Source of the DNA: Histomonas meleagridis 2922-C6/04-290x
Taxonomy: Eukaryota > Protista > Parabasalia
Direction of reading: 5' to 3'
DNA length: 64,000 nucleotides
NCBI GenBank assembly: GCA_020184695.1
Contig: JAANOX010000201.1
Span: 13,718-77,717, forward strand
Each line of letters opens with the position of its first letter. Position 1 is the stretch's first letter. The notes below the pieces were generated by a model. It was not told where the DNA came from and searched no databases. It was given only the letters and a program-made list of their open reading frames with translations. Shown here piece after piece: positions 53,585 through 63,573 of this stretch. The translations under genes were made by a program, and so were the position numbers.

Positions 53585-55027
53585 ATGGGATTTGATCTGC
53601 TTCACTTCCTTCAGCCAGTTCTTAATTTCGTTCCTACGGTTCCCAAACCGAAGAACGACATTGACATTAAGAGGAGATTAATGTACACGTTTGCAGCACT
53701 TGCATTATATCTTGTTTGTACATTAACACCTCTTTATGGCGTCCGTAAGGTTGCTCACCAAGACCCAATGTATCACCTTCGTCTTCTTACTGCTTCATCC
53801 AAGTACACACTTATGGAACTTGGTATTTCCCCAATCGTCAGCTCAGGTATGATTCTCCAACTTCTTTCTGGATTCGGACTTATTAATCGTGACCAAACAA
53901 ATCAAGAATCAACAGCACTTTTCGATGCTGCTCAAAAGCTTGCTGGATTAGTCATGACATTATTCCAAGCATGCACAGCTCTTTTCACAGGCCAATACGG
54001 TGTTCTTAAAGACATTGGAGTTTTCGGTTCAATTGCAATCATCGCTCAATTATTTGTTGCAGCCATCGTTGTTATTCTTCTTGATGAAATGCTTCAAAAT
54101 GGCTACGGCATTGGCTCTGGTATTTCATTATTCATTGCTACAAACATCTGTGAACAAATCATTTGGCGTCTTTTCTCATTCCAATCCTTCACTTATGGCC
54201 GTGGTAAAGAATATGAAGGTGCAATTGTTGCATTCTTCCATCTTCTTATCACACGTAAAGATAAACTCAGAGCCATTCGCGAAGCTATGTTCCGCTCACA
54301 CCTTCCAAACCTTTCCAACGTCTTCTCGACGCTTCTTGTCTTCATCGCAGTCATTTTCTTTGAGCACATCAAAATTGACGTCCGTTTAATGACGACCGTT
54401 AACCGTGCCGATCCAAAACCGTTCGAGATTAAGCTTTTCTATGCATCCACTACACCAATCATTGTTCAATCCACAGTTATTTCACAAATCTGCTCATTCT
54501 CAAGAATCATTTGTTCACGTTGGCCCGAATCAATTGTTACACGTATTCTTGGTGTCTGGAGATCACCAGAACAAGGCTTAGGTGATGAATATGCAGTACC
54601 AATCAGTGGCTTAGCATATTATCTTCAAGCACCAACGTCAATCAAACATACACTTAATGATCCATTACATACACTCATTTATTTGATCATCATTTTGAGC
54701 TCTGCTGGTATCATTGCTTATTACTACATTAACGTTAGTGGCCAATCTGCTAAAGATGTCGCTAATAGTCTTAAGGCACAACACCTTACAATTCAAGGAC
54801 ATCGTGAAGATAAGAACGCCATTGCTAAGAAACTTAACTACTACATCCCAACAGCAGCAGCACTCGGCGGTATCCTCACTGGACTTCTCTCATTCGTCGC
54901 CGACTTCCTTGGCGCATTCGGCTCTGGAACGGGTATCATTTTGGCAGTCTCAATCCTTTATCAGTTCGCTGAAGAGGTCAGCAAAGAATTCGTTAAGACA
55001 GGAGGCGCGCTTCCATTCCTTTTCTAA
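53585..55027 (+). CDS. SEC61A: protein translocon subunit Sec61 alpha
   Basis: TLMELGISPIVSSGMILQLL, GYGIGSGISLFIATNICE, IKLFYASTTPII, YIPTAAALGG, GSGTGIILAV. Confidence 0.98.
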   Translation: MGFDLLHFLQPVLNFVPTVPKPKNDIDIKRRLMYTFAALALYLVCTLTPLYGVRKVAHQDPMYHLRLLTASSKYTLMELGISPIVSSGMILQLLSGFGLINRDQTNQESTALFDAAQKLAGLVMTLFQACTALFTGQYGVLKDIGVFGSIAIIAQLFVAAIVVILLDEMLQNGYGIGSGISLFIATNICEQIIWRLFSFQSFTYGRGKEYEGAIVAFFHLLITRKDKLRAIREAMFRSHLPNLSNVFSTLLVFIAVIFFEHIKIDVRLMTTVNRADPKPFEIKLFYASTTPIIVQSTVISQICSFSRIICSRWPESIVTRILGVWRSPEQGLGDEYAVPISGLAYYLQAPTSIKHTLNDPLHTLIYLIIILSSAGIIAYYYINVSGQSAKDVANSLKAQHLTIQGHREDKNAIAKKLNYYIPTAAALGGILTGLLSFVADFLGAFGSGTGIILAVSILYQFAEEVSKEFVKTGGALPFLF

Positions 55028-55399
55028 TTTGACTCAAGTAAATCCTAACAGATATTTTTAGCCACTCTTTTTTTGTTTAAACAATAATTAATTCTTTGAT
55101 CTTCTTAACGAAAACCTTTTGATGAAGCAAAAAGATAAAAAATGTATTAAAAACACATTGATAAAATATTATAAACGAATTTGGCTCAAGAAAATGAAAA
55201 AATTATTTGACAAAGTTATCTTGTTACTTTAAGAAAATTAATTAATGAATTCATTAGAAACTAAAAATGAAGATCTTCATTCGTTGGATCCAACAGTCGT
55301 TATTTGAAGTACCGGTTTAACCGAAAAATTTCACAAAAACAAAACGATGGTATCGTTTCAATTGAATGCCACGGTTATTTTGGCGCGTTTTTTCAAAAA

Positions 55400-55975
55400 A
55401 TGAATCCCAATGTCACCCCCTCGGGGATAAATTCTCAATTCATTAATTGGATGCAAAGCTTTCAAGGGACAAATCCAGGGAATATTCCAATTCATAAAAC
55501 TCCAATTTCACGGAGAAAGTTTTCAAACGAAGAAGATGAGAAATTAAAAAGCTTAGTTTTAACATATGGGACAAATGATTGGCGTAACATTGCTTCTCAG
55601 ATGAATAATCGTAATGCACGCCAATGTCGTGAAAGATGGAAACATTATCTTTCACCGTCTGTTTCAAATGGTCCATGGAGTGAAGCAGAGGACGAACTGC
55701 TTCGTGAAAAATATAAAGAGCTTGGTTCTCAATGGTCACGAATTGCCAAGTTCTTTCCAAAAAGAACTGATATCACAGTCAAAAATAGGTGGATTAGTCT
55801 GAATGGAAGATCCAAGAAAGGAGCCAACAAACAGAACCAAGAAGAAAAAACAAAAGTTATGATTCCACCTCCAGTTGATGTAACAGAAATGAACCAAATA
55901 CAATCTCAAGGACGAGTGCAAGTGCAAGCACAAGAACAGTATAATCCAGTCGAAACGCAAGAAACTACAGCATAA
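55400..55975 (+). CDS. R2R3 Myb-like protein, diverged paralog of 23074-23688
   Basis: Same two Myb repeats; intact ORF; ATG at 55400; different C-terminal tail. Confidence 0.93.
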   Translation: MNPNVTPSGINSQFINWMQSFQGTNPGNIPIHKTPISRRKFSNEEDEKLKSLVLTYGTNDWRNIASQMNNRNARQCRERWKHYLSPSVSNGPWSEAEDELLREKYKELGSQWSRIAKFFPKRTDITVKNRWISLNGRSKKGANKQNQEEKTKVMIPPPVDVTEMNQIQSQGRVQVQAQEQYNPVETQETTA

Positions 55976-56169
55976 GCCAATAAATTGGTTGTAATATGGC
56001 AAAAATAAATCGTTTTGGTATTAATTTGTCTTATTTTGTCTATTACTTTTAGAACATTTCTTCGATTTTTGTTGAGTTTGGCCAAATCACTTTTGGGCCA
56101 CTCCAAAACGGACGTTTATTTTTGAATTGTTAATTGGTCGTATTTATTTTTTTTTCAAAGTTTAAACGA

Positions 56170-57016
56170 GCAATGTTACACACGAGCAAAGTTTTTAATC
56201 CCAATGATCATGATTACATTTGCCATGAAAAAAGTATTTTTAATAAATTTTTTATAAATTAACAATTTAAAAGATAGAGAATGAATATTGTTCTTCGAGA
56301 CTGTAAATGTCATTTTCTTCGTCCAGCATAGGTTCAAAGTCTGATGCTCCTTCACGCATATGGAAATGAAGAATTTTCCTTTGCTTAACATTGAAAAAGA
56401 AATAACTGACATTCCATAATGCTCCCATAGCTGAAAATGCGTCTGAGCATGGTGGCTCATATGTATATATATCACATGTTGCAGGTTGAATCTCGCATTC
56501 AATAGCATTCCAGACACGTTGAAATAAGTCCTCTGAATAAGGCAAAGATGATGTAAAATTCCAAGACATGTTGTTTTCGAATTCTTTCTGGTGAATCTGC
56601 AACTTTAAAACAATGCGGTGTAAGATATGAAAAAGTCAAAATCTGGAAAAGCATAACTAATCGCTGTTTGTAAAATCCGAAATGTTGTTTCATCTGGGTC
56701 TGTTGGTAATGATGGTGTCATTGTTATTGCTTGCGGTTCTGATGGTGGAAAACTTATGTTTCCTATGTTTGAATAGTTTTGAAAATCATTGATATCAACA
56801 CTGAAACATTCAATCTGACTAAATATATTATGTGCAGTCATGCACCGCGCCGTAATTTCTTGACCAACATTGAACAATGCGCGGCTGTTGAACCACTTCA
56901 TCGAAAAAGGAAGAGGCCTCAAAAAGTGGTGACGGTTGAACGATTTCAATACAAAGATTTTACTTTTGAATACAAAACGGGCTCCTTCGAACCGCGGCGT
57001 TTCTTCTTTCGTTTTT
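56170..57016. repeat. right arm block 1, inverted copy of 21728-22573
   Basis: Reverse-complement identity from beyond the MAF1 3' end to its promoter. Confidence 0.92.
56267..56901 (-). pseudogene. MAF1: second MAF1 copy with two +1 homopolymer frameshifts
   Basis: 635 versus 633 nt; extra base in homopolymer runs at about 56575 and 56632. Confidence 0.75.
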
Positions 57017-57265
57017 CGCTGTTTACCTCACAATTATTAGTTAAAATGGATTTCTTTGATGAATTTATGCACTATTTTGAAAATAAAATGGTTAAAAAAA
57101 TACATGATCACTTGAGTTCAATGTTTAAAATCATTGAAGATTCTGGAATGAGATCTTATATAAGCCAAAATTGAAATCTTTTTTTTTTCTTTGAGTGACA
57201 TTTGGTAACGTTACTACTTTTTGTACATTAAAATTAAACAAAAAAAAAAATCTTTCAAAATTAGT

Positions 57266-58441
57266 TTATGCCAATCCAGCTCTCATTTGATATTTTCCTG
57301 CATATGTTTTATATTTTGCGCCAGCGAAAGCGCCTTTCTCAGCACCATCCAATTGTACTGTACCTATTTCACATTCACTAGCCAATTGTCCATCTATTCT
57401 AAAACCAATTCTAAATGTTGTTTGTCTACAAGATTCATCGCATTCCACTCCACCAGACAATTCCGCCACTTTTGTATTCTTCAATGTCCCAATGTTCCAA
57501 CTAATTTCATTTCCGGTGATTGTTATGTTACCATTTTTAGTTGTAAGTGTTGAAGCAGTTGGAGAGATAATTTCCCACTTTATGTTAGTGTCATAAAGAT
57601 CTCTTTCGGCGGTGACCGTTAAGCGTATGTCCATTTTGCCATGCATCGGCACCAATGCAATTTTGACATCAATTGGCGGTTTTGTACGTTGTTGCATGCG
57701 GTACTGCGCAATGAGGCAGTTGCCCTGCGGAGGTATCATTTCAAGGCGATGCGTCGTTTGGAAGTTTGTGACATCAACACATCGATGAAATGATATGTCT
57801 TCAAAGTATGGCGAATTCTTCCATTGAAATGAACATTTGGGATTACCATTCACTTCAGTAAGGGCATATATATCACCTCGTATCTGGCTGAGATCAACTT
57901 TCCCATTGGAAGAAACACAATAATCTATGTATTCAGTAACATCAAGTAAAACTTGTTGCTTCTTGTATGTAAAACCACTCGCACGCCAGGGGTATATGGT
58001 GTTGATTTGACCTTTCTCTGTTTTCCCTTTTGGTGGGATGAATTGAATCATGGCATTATAATCATCAACAAGCGGATAACCACTATCAACAAAAATATCA
58101 AGTAAACGATAAACATTGGAAAAGTTTTCTTTGATGCCATAGTCGGTAAGTGGATTTTCTATATAAAGATGAAGAAGTTCTTCAAGTTGATCTAAAATAG
58201 ATAAATAGAAAATTGCTTGACCATCACCGTCAACAACAGCAGCAAGAAAAACTTCGCCTGATTGCTTAATGCAAAATGAGTGGTTTGGATTAGAAACGAG
58301 TGGTAATATTGATGAAGGAGTGGGCGCAGAACTTATAATTTCACATATTTCATTTGCAATGTCGGATTCTATATCTCCGCGTTGTAATTTTGCAACAATT
58401 GGAACTGGTTCTTTGTTGATGATATAAATTGCCTTCAGCAT
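57266..58441 (-). CDS. adaptor complex medium (mu) subunit, most like AP-3 mu
   Basis: IKENFSNVYRLLDIFVDSGYP, PWRASG..Y....LLDVTEYID, EDISFHRCV, IPPQGN, KY.TYAGKYQMR; longin-like N-terminus from MLKAIYII. Confidence 0.85.
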   Translation of the reverse strand: MLKAIYIINKEPVPIVAKLQRGDIESDIANEICEIISSAPTPSSILPLVSNPNHSFCIKQSGEVFLAAVVDGDGQAIFYLSILDQLEELLHLYIENPLTDYGIKENFSNVYRLLDIFVDSGYPLVDDYNAMIQFIPPKGKTEKGQINTIYPWRASGFTYKKQQVLLDVTEYIDYCVSSNGKVDLSQIRGDIYALTEVNGNPKCSFQWKNSPYFEDISFHRCVDVTNFQTTHRLEMIPPQGNCLIAQYRMQQRTKPPIDVKIALVPMHGKMDIRLTVTAERDLYDTNIKWEIISPTASTLTTKNGNITITGNEISWNIGTLKNTKVAELSGGVECDESCRQTTFRIGFRIDGQLASECEIGTVQLDGAEKGAFAGAKYKTYAGKYQMRAGLA

Positions 58442-58739
58442 GAACAAAAGTGTCAAATTTACACTTAACATAACCGTCAAAAAGTGTATCTTCAAAGTGG
58501 AAAAAATTTCAATAATTCGAATTATTCAACTTGATTCTAGGAATAATAAGAATCAGTTTTTTGTTTGATATCATAGAAAACATCCAAATTTACAGAGAAA
58601 TTTTCAATAATCACCATGGCGATTGGATGAATATACAAAAATAAATTTCTAGATATTTTTCTCACATAAAAATATCAAAAGATTTAGTAATATATTGTTT
58701 AACAAGCAAAGTACTATTTCTAGCAGTAACCTATCTGAT

Positions 58740-59471
58740 TCATGGATATACCTTCTGCGTGAATAATGTGCTATCTGTACTTGAAAAAAACAAAAGGGGA
58801 ATGACAAATCCAATGATAAAGCCGCACAAAATATCTTCAAAGTGATGTCTGTATTCAGTCACTCTCATTGCTGCAATATAAAAGCTATAAAATAGTGGCA
58901 AGCTTATAAGAAAAAACGCCCAAAACTGATTAGTCACAAGAACTTTTCTGAAAAACATTGATGTAAAAATCATTCCGCATGCAGCAGATGTTGTATGCCC
59001 AGAAGGGAATGATTTGAAGCATTCTCTATAGCGGTTAATTGACATATCATCTGGCATCAAAGTATCGGCATTTGCATTTTGTCCTAATAATGAATAAAAA
59101 TCTGGTCTTGGTCTACCAACTTGTAGTTTCAAAAAGTTACAAATGACATTAGAAATTGCAATACATCCAACGTGACTAATTAATATATAAATGTAATCAA
59201 AAGGACGTATAATATTAAATGTTCCTTTTGTTTTTAAAATTACATAAAGTATCGTATACCCAATATAAGGTATTATTACGCAAATCAATAAATTTGATTT
59301 TTCTGTCACACCTGAATTATAATGAGGGTAACTGCATCGAGGATCCTGTTTTGGAACATATAACCGATTTGGATTTAAATGTTGTAATATAAACCAGATG
59401 AAACCAAGAATTAATACTATAATTATATCTACTATGTGATAATCAAGTAGAACTTCATCTGTGGTTGGCAT
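58740..59471 (-). CDS. PAP2-family lipid phosphate phosphatase
   Basis: KLQVGRPRP, SFPSGH and RVTEYRHHFEDI motifs; about six TM segments. Confidence 0.93.
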   Translation of the reverse strand: MPTTDEVLLDYHIVDIIIVLILGFIWFILQHLNPNRLYVPKQDPRCSYPHYNSGVTEKSNLLICVIIPYIGYTILYVILKTKGTFNIIRPFDYIYILISHVGCIAISNVICNFLKLQVGRPRPDFYSLLGQNANADTLMPDDMSINRYRECFKSFPSGHTTSAACGMIFTSMFFRKVLVTNQFWAFFLISLPLFYSFYIAAMRVTEYRHHFEDILCGFIIGFVIPLLFFSSTDSTLFTQKVYP

Positions 59472-59652
59472 TTTACAAACGTATTTGATTGAATTTTCAA
59501 ATGTTTATTTCTATACGTTTTTTTTTCTTTTTCGCAATGTAATTTTTTTAAGTAAAAAATCATAAAGAGAAAACATTGAACATTAATTTTAACATAAATT
59601 TTTATTCTATGATTATGTTTTATCTCTAGCGAAAATTTTATTAATATATATA

Positions 59653-60246
59653 TTAGCAACATCCTTTCTTTGCTTCAAATTCTATTTTTGTTTCTGCAGA
59701 ATATTCATATTTAATTGATCTGTTCGCAACGAAATCATTTACAATGTTCTGAAAAACTATGTTAATTAAAGGTGGTTTCGTTTTGGCACTCATTTCGTAG
59801 AAAGAAGCTCCGATTTGTTCGGCCTTTTGTTTGCCTTCCTCCCTTAAGACACAAACATCATCAGTCAAGTCAATTTTGTTTCCAATTAATATCAAACTCG
59901 GTCTATTCGGGCACGAATTTAAAATACTTTCATACCATTTGTCAACTTCTTCAAATGATGGTCTATTGTTAACTGCATAAACAATTATAATATATTCTGC
60001 ATCACGAAAGTATGAAGGAGTTAAGCTTCTAAATCTTTCTTGTCCTGCTGTATCCCAGATATGTAATCTAATTATTGAGTCTTCGACTTCATATGTTTTA
60101 AAAATGAAACATGCACCAATTGTTGGTGCTTGTGGTTCTTCAATATCTACCTCAGTTGTAGCATTCATCAAGCTGGTTTTCCCAACTGATGATGTTCCAA
60201 CAAATACAACTTTTACTATGATAGTTTCTTTTTCGGACGCTTGCAT
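59653..60246 (-). CDS. Rab-family small GTPase
   Basis: GTSSVGKTS, PTIGACF, WDTAGQERFRSL, GNKID, EMSAK, C-terminal GCC. Confidence 0.95.
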   Translation of the reverse strand: MQASEKETIIVKVVFVGTSSVGKTSLMNATTEVDIEEPQAPTIGACFIFKTYEVEDSIIRLHIWDTAGQERFRSLTPSYFRDAEYIIIVYAVNNRPSFEEVDKWYESILNSCPNRPSLILIGNKIDLTDDVCVLREEGKQKAEQIGASFYEMSAKTKPPLINIVFQNIVNDFVANRSIKYEYSAETKIEFEAKKGCC

Positions 60247-61019
60247 TAGAGCCAATTGGTTGGATTTTAAATTTAAATTTAATACTTTACATAACATTTT
60301 CAATGACCATGCAAAAAATTATCTCAACCAGTAATTGAAACAAAAATTCAATTAAATATTTGGTTTTAAAAGGTTTACATCGTTCATGAGTTTGAGGTTT
60401 ATACTCTTTTGTAGCTTGTTTCGTGAGCGATTTCTAGATCTATAGTGATTTCTCGAATAAGCTCGAGGTCTTCTTTGGAAATTGCTTTTTTTTTTCTTTT
60501 TAAATAGTATTGGATTTTTAGCATATTTATAAATTCTTTTATATTTTAAAAATAATATATGTGAGCAATCCTATTTTGCTTATATTCATAGTTGCAACCA
60601 TAAGCATACTCACTCTGTAATCAGAAACTTATATAAATTTGTGGCAGAACAAAATTAAAATCAGATTTTTCTCTTTATAATCAGATAATAAAGACGTAAA
60701 TTATCAAGATATTTTCTCATATTGTCTGATTGTATACTGTTTTCTTTGTATAAATAAAATTTTTTTATTTTTATGGAATTTTCTTCAATTTCGAGTCAAA
60801 ACCGAAATATACCAAAAGTGGTTTTTTGCCACCTGATATTTTAAGAGTAGATAATGATTATAAATCTCCAATATCTCCAAAAAGTTCAAAGCGTTGTTTT
60901 TAGAGATTCTACTGTTTTCTTTTATCCAAATGAAACAAGACATTATAAAAAATTTCAGAACGAGTAAAGTTTTCATTTAAGTATCGTCCGATACAATACA
61001 ATTTTTTTCATCAGAATAA

Positions 61020-62419
61020 ATGGAATGTAATTTCAAATCGAAATTAATTCCAAAATCATCTATAAGGATTAAAGACACTATTTCCTCAAATGCAAAGGTT
61101 ATTTCAACAGAAGAACTTGAAGATTTTTCTTGATTTTGATTGTCAGACGTTTCAAAATTAGTGTATATTTTTTATTAATTCGTATAATGAACAAAATATT
61201 CCAAAATGTTTAGCAACATTAAACTTAGTAATTCAATTTTTTGCAGAAGATTTTGATCTTTTTCAAAAAAATATGATTGATGTTACATTTTTTATTCGTA
61301 CATTTGATAAAACGAATTTTTCATATCATTTATTTAATATTCTTCAAGATGAAATGCATGAACTTTATCCGATAATTCTAATTTTTTTCAGTCTTCTTTC
61401 TTCATTACATAAAACTTTTATCGAATGGATGTTTCAAAACAGTAATTTCTTCATTAATCTTCCAATTATATTTTTAAATTCATCAAATCAAATAAATTCA
61501 GATAATCTTTTAATTCTTTTTCATAATATTCTTCCGAAACTTATTAACATTAATATAAATATATTTTCATCAATTGAACAAATTGAATTTTTCTTTTCTA
61601 AATCGAATCAATGTTCAAATTCGAAAATATTAAATTCAGAAATTATTTATCTTTTAAGTAAATTTACACAACCACCGAATGAAATATCAAAAGTTCTTAT
61701 TAAATATATAAAGGAAACATTAATAAAAGAAAATTTACATTTTTTTCTATTTATTCAATAATTTTTTACTTGAAAATGATGAAGAACTTTATGAATTAAT
61801 TTATGAATTAATACGAATAATTAACAAATTTCGAATAAATACATTAAATTTTGAAATTATTGAATCATATTATATATTACTTCAACGAATTATATTATTA
61901 AGTAAAAATAAAAAAGAAATTTTACGAGAAATATTAAATGTTAATGAAATTAAAACATATTTTTATTCGAGAAATAATTTAATTATTTCGAATATTTGTA
62001 AATTTTTTAGTTTTTGTACGCCAGAAATATTTGAAATTTTTCCAGAAATTTTTAATGAATTTGAAGAATTTATTTTATTTTTAGAAGAACAAATTAAAAT
62101 TTCATCATTTAAAGATAAAAAAATTTATATTTCATTACTTTCAGATATTATTTTATATTTTAATGATTTTGATATTATTTTTGATGAAGAATTTCTTGAA
62201 GAAATTATTAATATTATTTCATTTGATGAAGAATTTCTTCTTTCGAAAGTTATAAAACTTTTAATTTATTATCATCAAAGTAAAAATGGAATTTCATCGA
62301 CATTTTTCACATGTGATGAATTCATTTCTTTAATAGAGAAACTTATAAATTCAGAAAACGACGAAATATCGAAACTTGGGCAACAAATGATGAATGAACT
62401 TCAAATTATAGAACAATAA
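61020..62419 (+). pseudogene. ARM/HEAT-like helical protein gene interrupted near 61130-61160 and 61745 (pseudogene, sequencing error, or intron plus error)
   Basis: ATG at 61020; the frame continues through ORF 61273-61761, then a long open frame 61750-62419 ending ...INSENDEISKLGQQMMNELQIIEQ*. Confidence 0.55.
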
Positions 62420-62454
62420 ATAAAAATAAAAATAAATTTTTATTTATTTATTTA

Positions 62455-63339
62455 TTAATTTGTATCTATAACAACATGTGACGTTTCATTATTATAATGT
62501 TCAATCACTTCTTTTAATATCATTGTTTCTTCTGTTTCATTTTTATTTATAATATTTTCTGCAATTTCTTTATTTAATGGAATTAATTTCATAGCTGTAG
62601 TTGTGTCATTAAATTTTATATTTTCATTCGTTTTGTTATTGTAATTATAAAGAAAACATAAACTTTGCGACTGAAGCCGCGAAAATGAAATTGAAATATT
62701 CGAAAGTGTTTCATTAGGGAAAATTGTTACAAGTGTACTTAACAGTAAATTTGATACTTTGCTATTTAATGTTGAAAGAAAATTTGAAAATGAATTTATG
62801 CAATCATTGAAATGATATGAAACATTTGTTGGTAACCCAAAGAGAATGGATTCGAATAGAAATGAATATGGACGTTCATTGTATGGTATAGAAAGAATAT
62901 CTGACTTATTAAAGAAATCTGTATCAAACTTGTTAAGTATAAATTCCCAAATAGGAAAATCTTTTGCTATGGATTCGTTAAATAATTCAACGTTTTCTTG
63001 AATAAAATTGATTATTGAATGAAAAAGCCAATTATTTTGTTCATAAGAAGAAGAAAGAATTGAAAGTTGTGAAAGAAAAATTGGTTGTTTAAACGAAACA
63101 TAAAATAATAAATCCATAACTCGTTGTGGGAATTTATAACCAAGTTCATTCCATGTTCGAATAAAACTAACTGCTGTTTGAATAACACTTTCTTGATTAT
63201 TTTCTGTAACTTCAAATATATTAAGAATAAATTCAGTAACGACATCTGGTAAGTTACCTTTCTCTTCTGGAAATGTTTCTAACGCTCTTTGATAAAAAAT
63301 TCTATCTGAAGGAAGAAATTTTTCTTCAAATTTAAGCAT
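62455..63339 (-). CDS. hypothetical helical protein
   Basis: 294-aa ATG ORF with coding-like composition; no recognisable motif. Confidence 0.7.
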   Translation of the reverse strand: MLKFEEKFLPSDRIFYQRALETFPEEKGNLPDVVTEFILNIFEVTENNQESVIQTAVSFIRTWNELGYKFPQRVMDLLFYVSFKQPIFLSQLSILSSSYEQNNWLFHSIINFIQENVELFNESIAKDFPIWEFILNKFDTDFFNKSDILSIPYNERPYSFLFESILFGLPTNVSYHFNDCINSFSNFLSTLNSKVSNLLLSTLVTIFPNETLSNISISFSRLQSQSLCFLYNYNNKTNENIKFNDTTTAMKLIPLNKEIAENIINKNETEETMILKEVIEHYNNETSHVVIDTN

Positions 63340-63573
63340 TGAGTCACTTTTTGTGGAATTGTTATATGAAAAACATTTTGAAAATTTTTTAAACGTTTAT
63401 TTAATATCTATAAATCAGTGCAATTAATAACACTTATTTCTATTCAATGTTCGCATTTTTAAACCAGCTGTATCATTTTCTATTATTACTAATATCAATT
63501 TTATGGAAGGTTTATCCATAATGTATTTTGAGAATATGGTAATTTTAATGTTTTTCTTGGGCTGTGATTTATT

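Noticed and set aside
20887-60246. Rab genes at roughly mirrored positions outside the inverted arms
   Set aside because: The sequences are not closely related and Rabs are highly expanded in parabasalids; no DNA homology was seen beyond 21728/57016.
35371-60246. Apparent cluster of trafficking genes (WDR11, Arf, CLEC16A-like, Sec61a, AP mu, Rab)
   Set aside because: Trafficking families are abundant in these genomes and the genes are interspersed with unrelated ones; no evidence of functional clustering.
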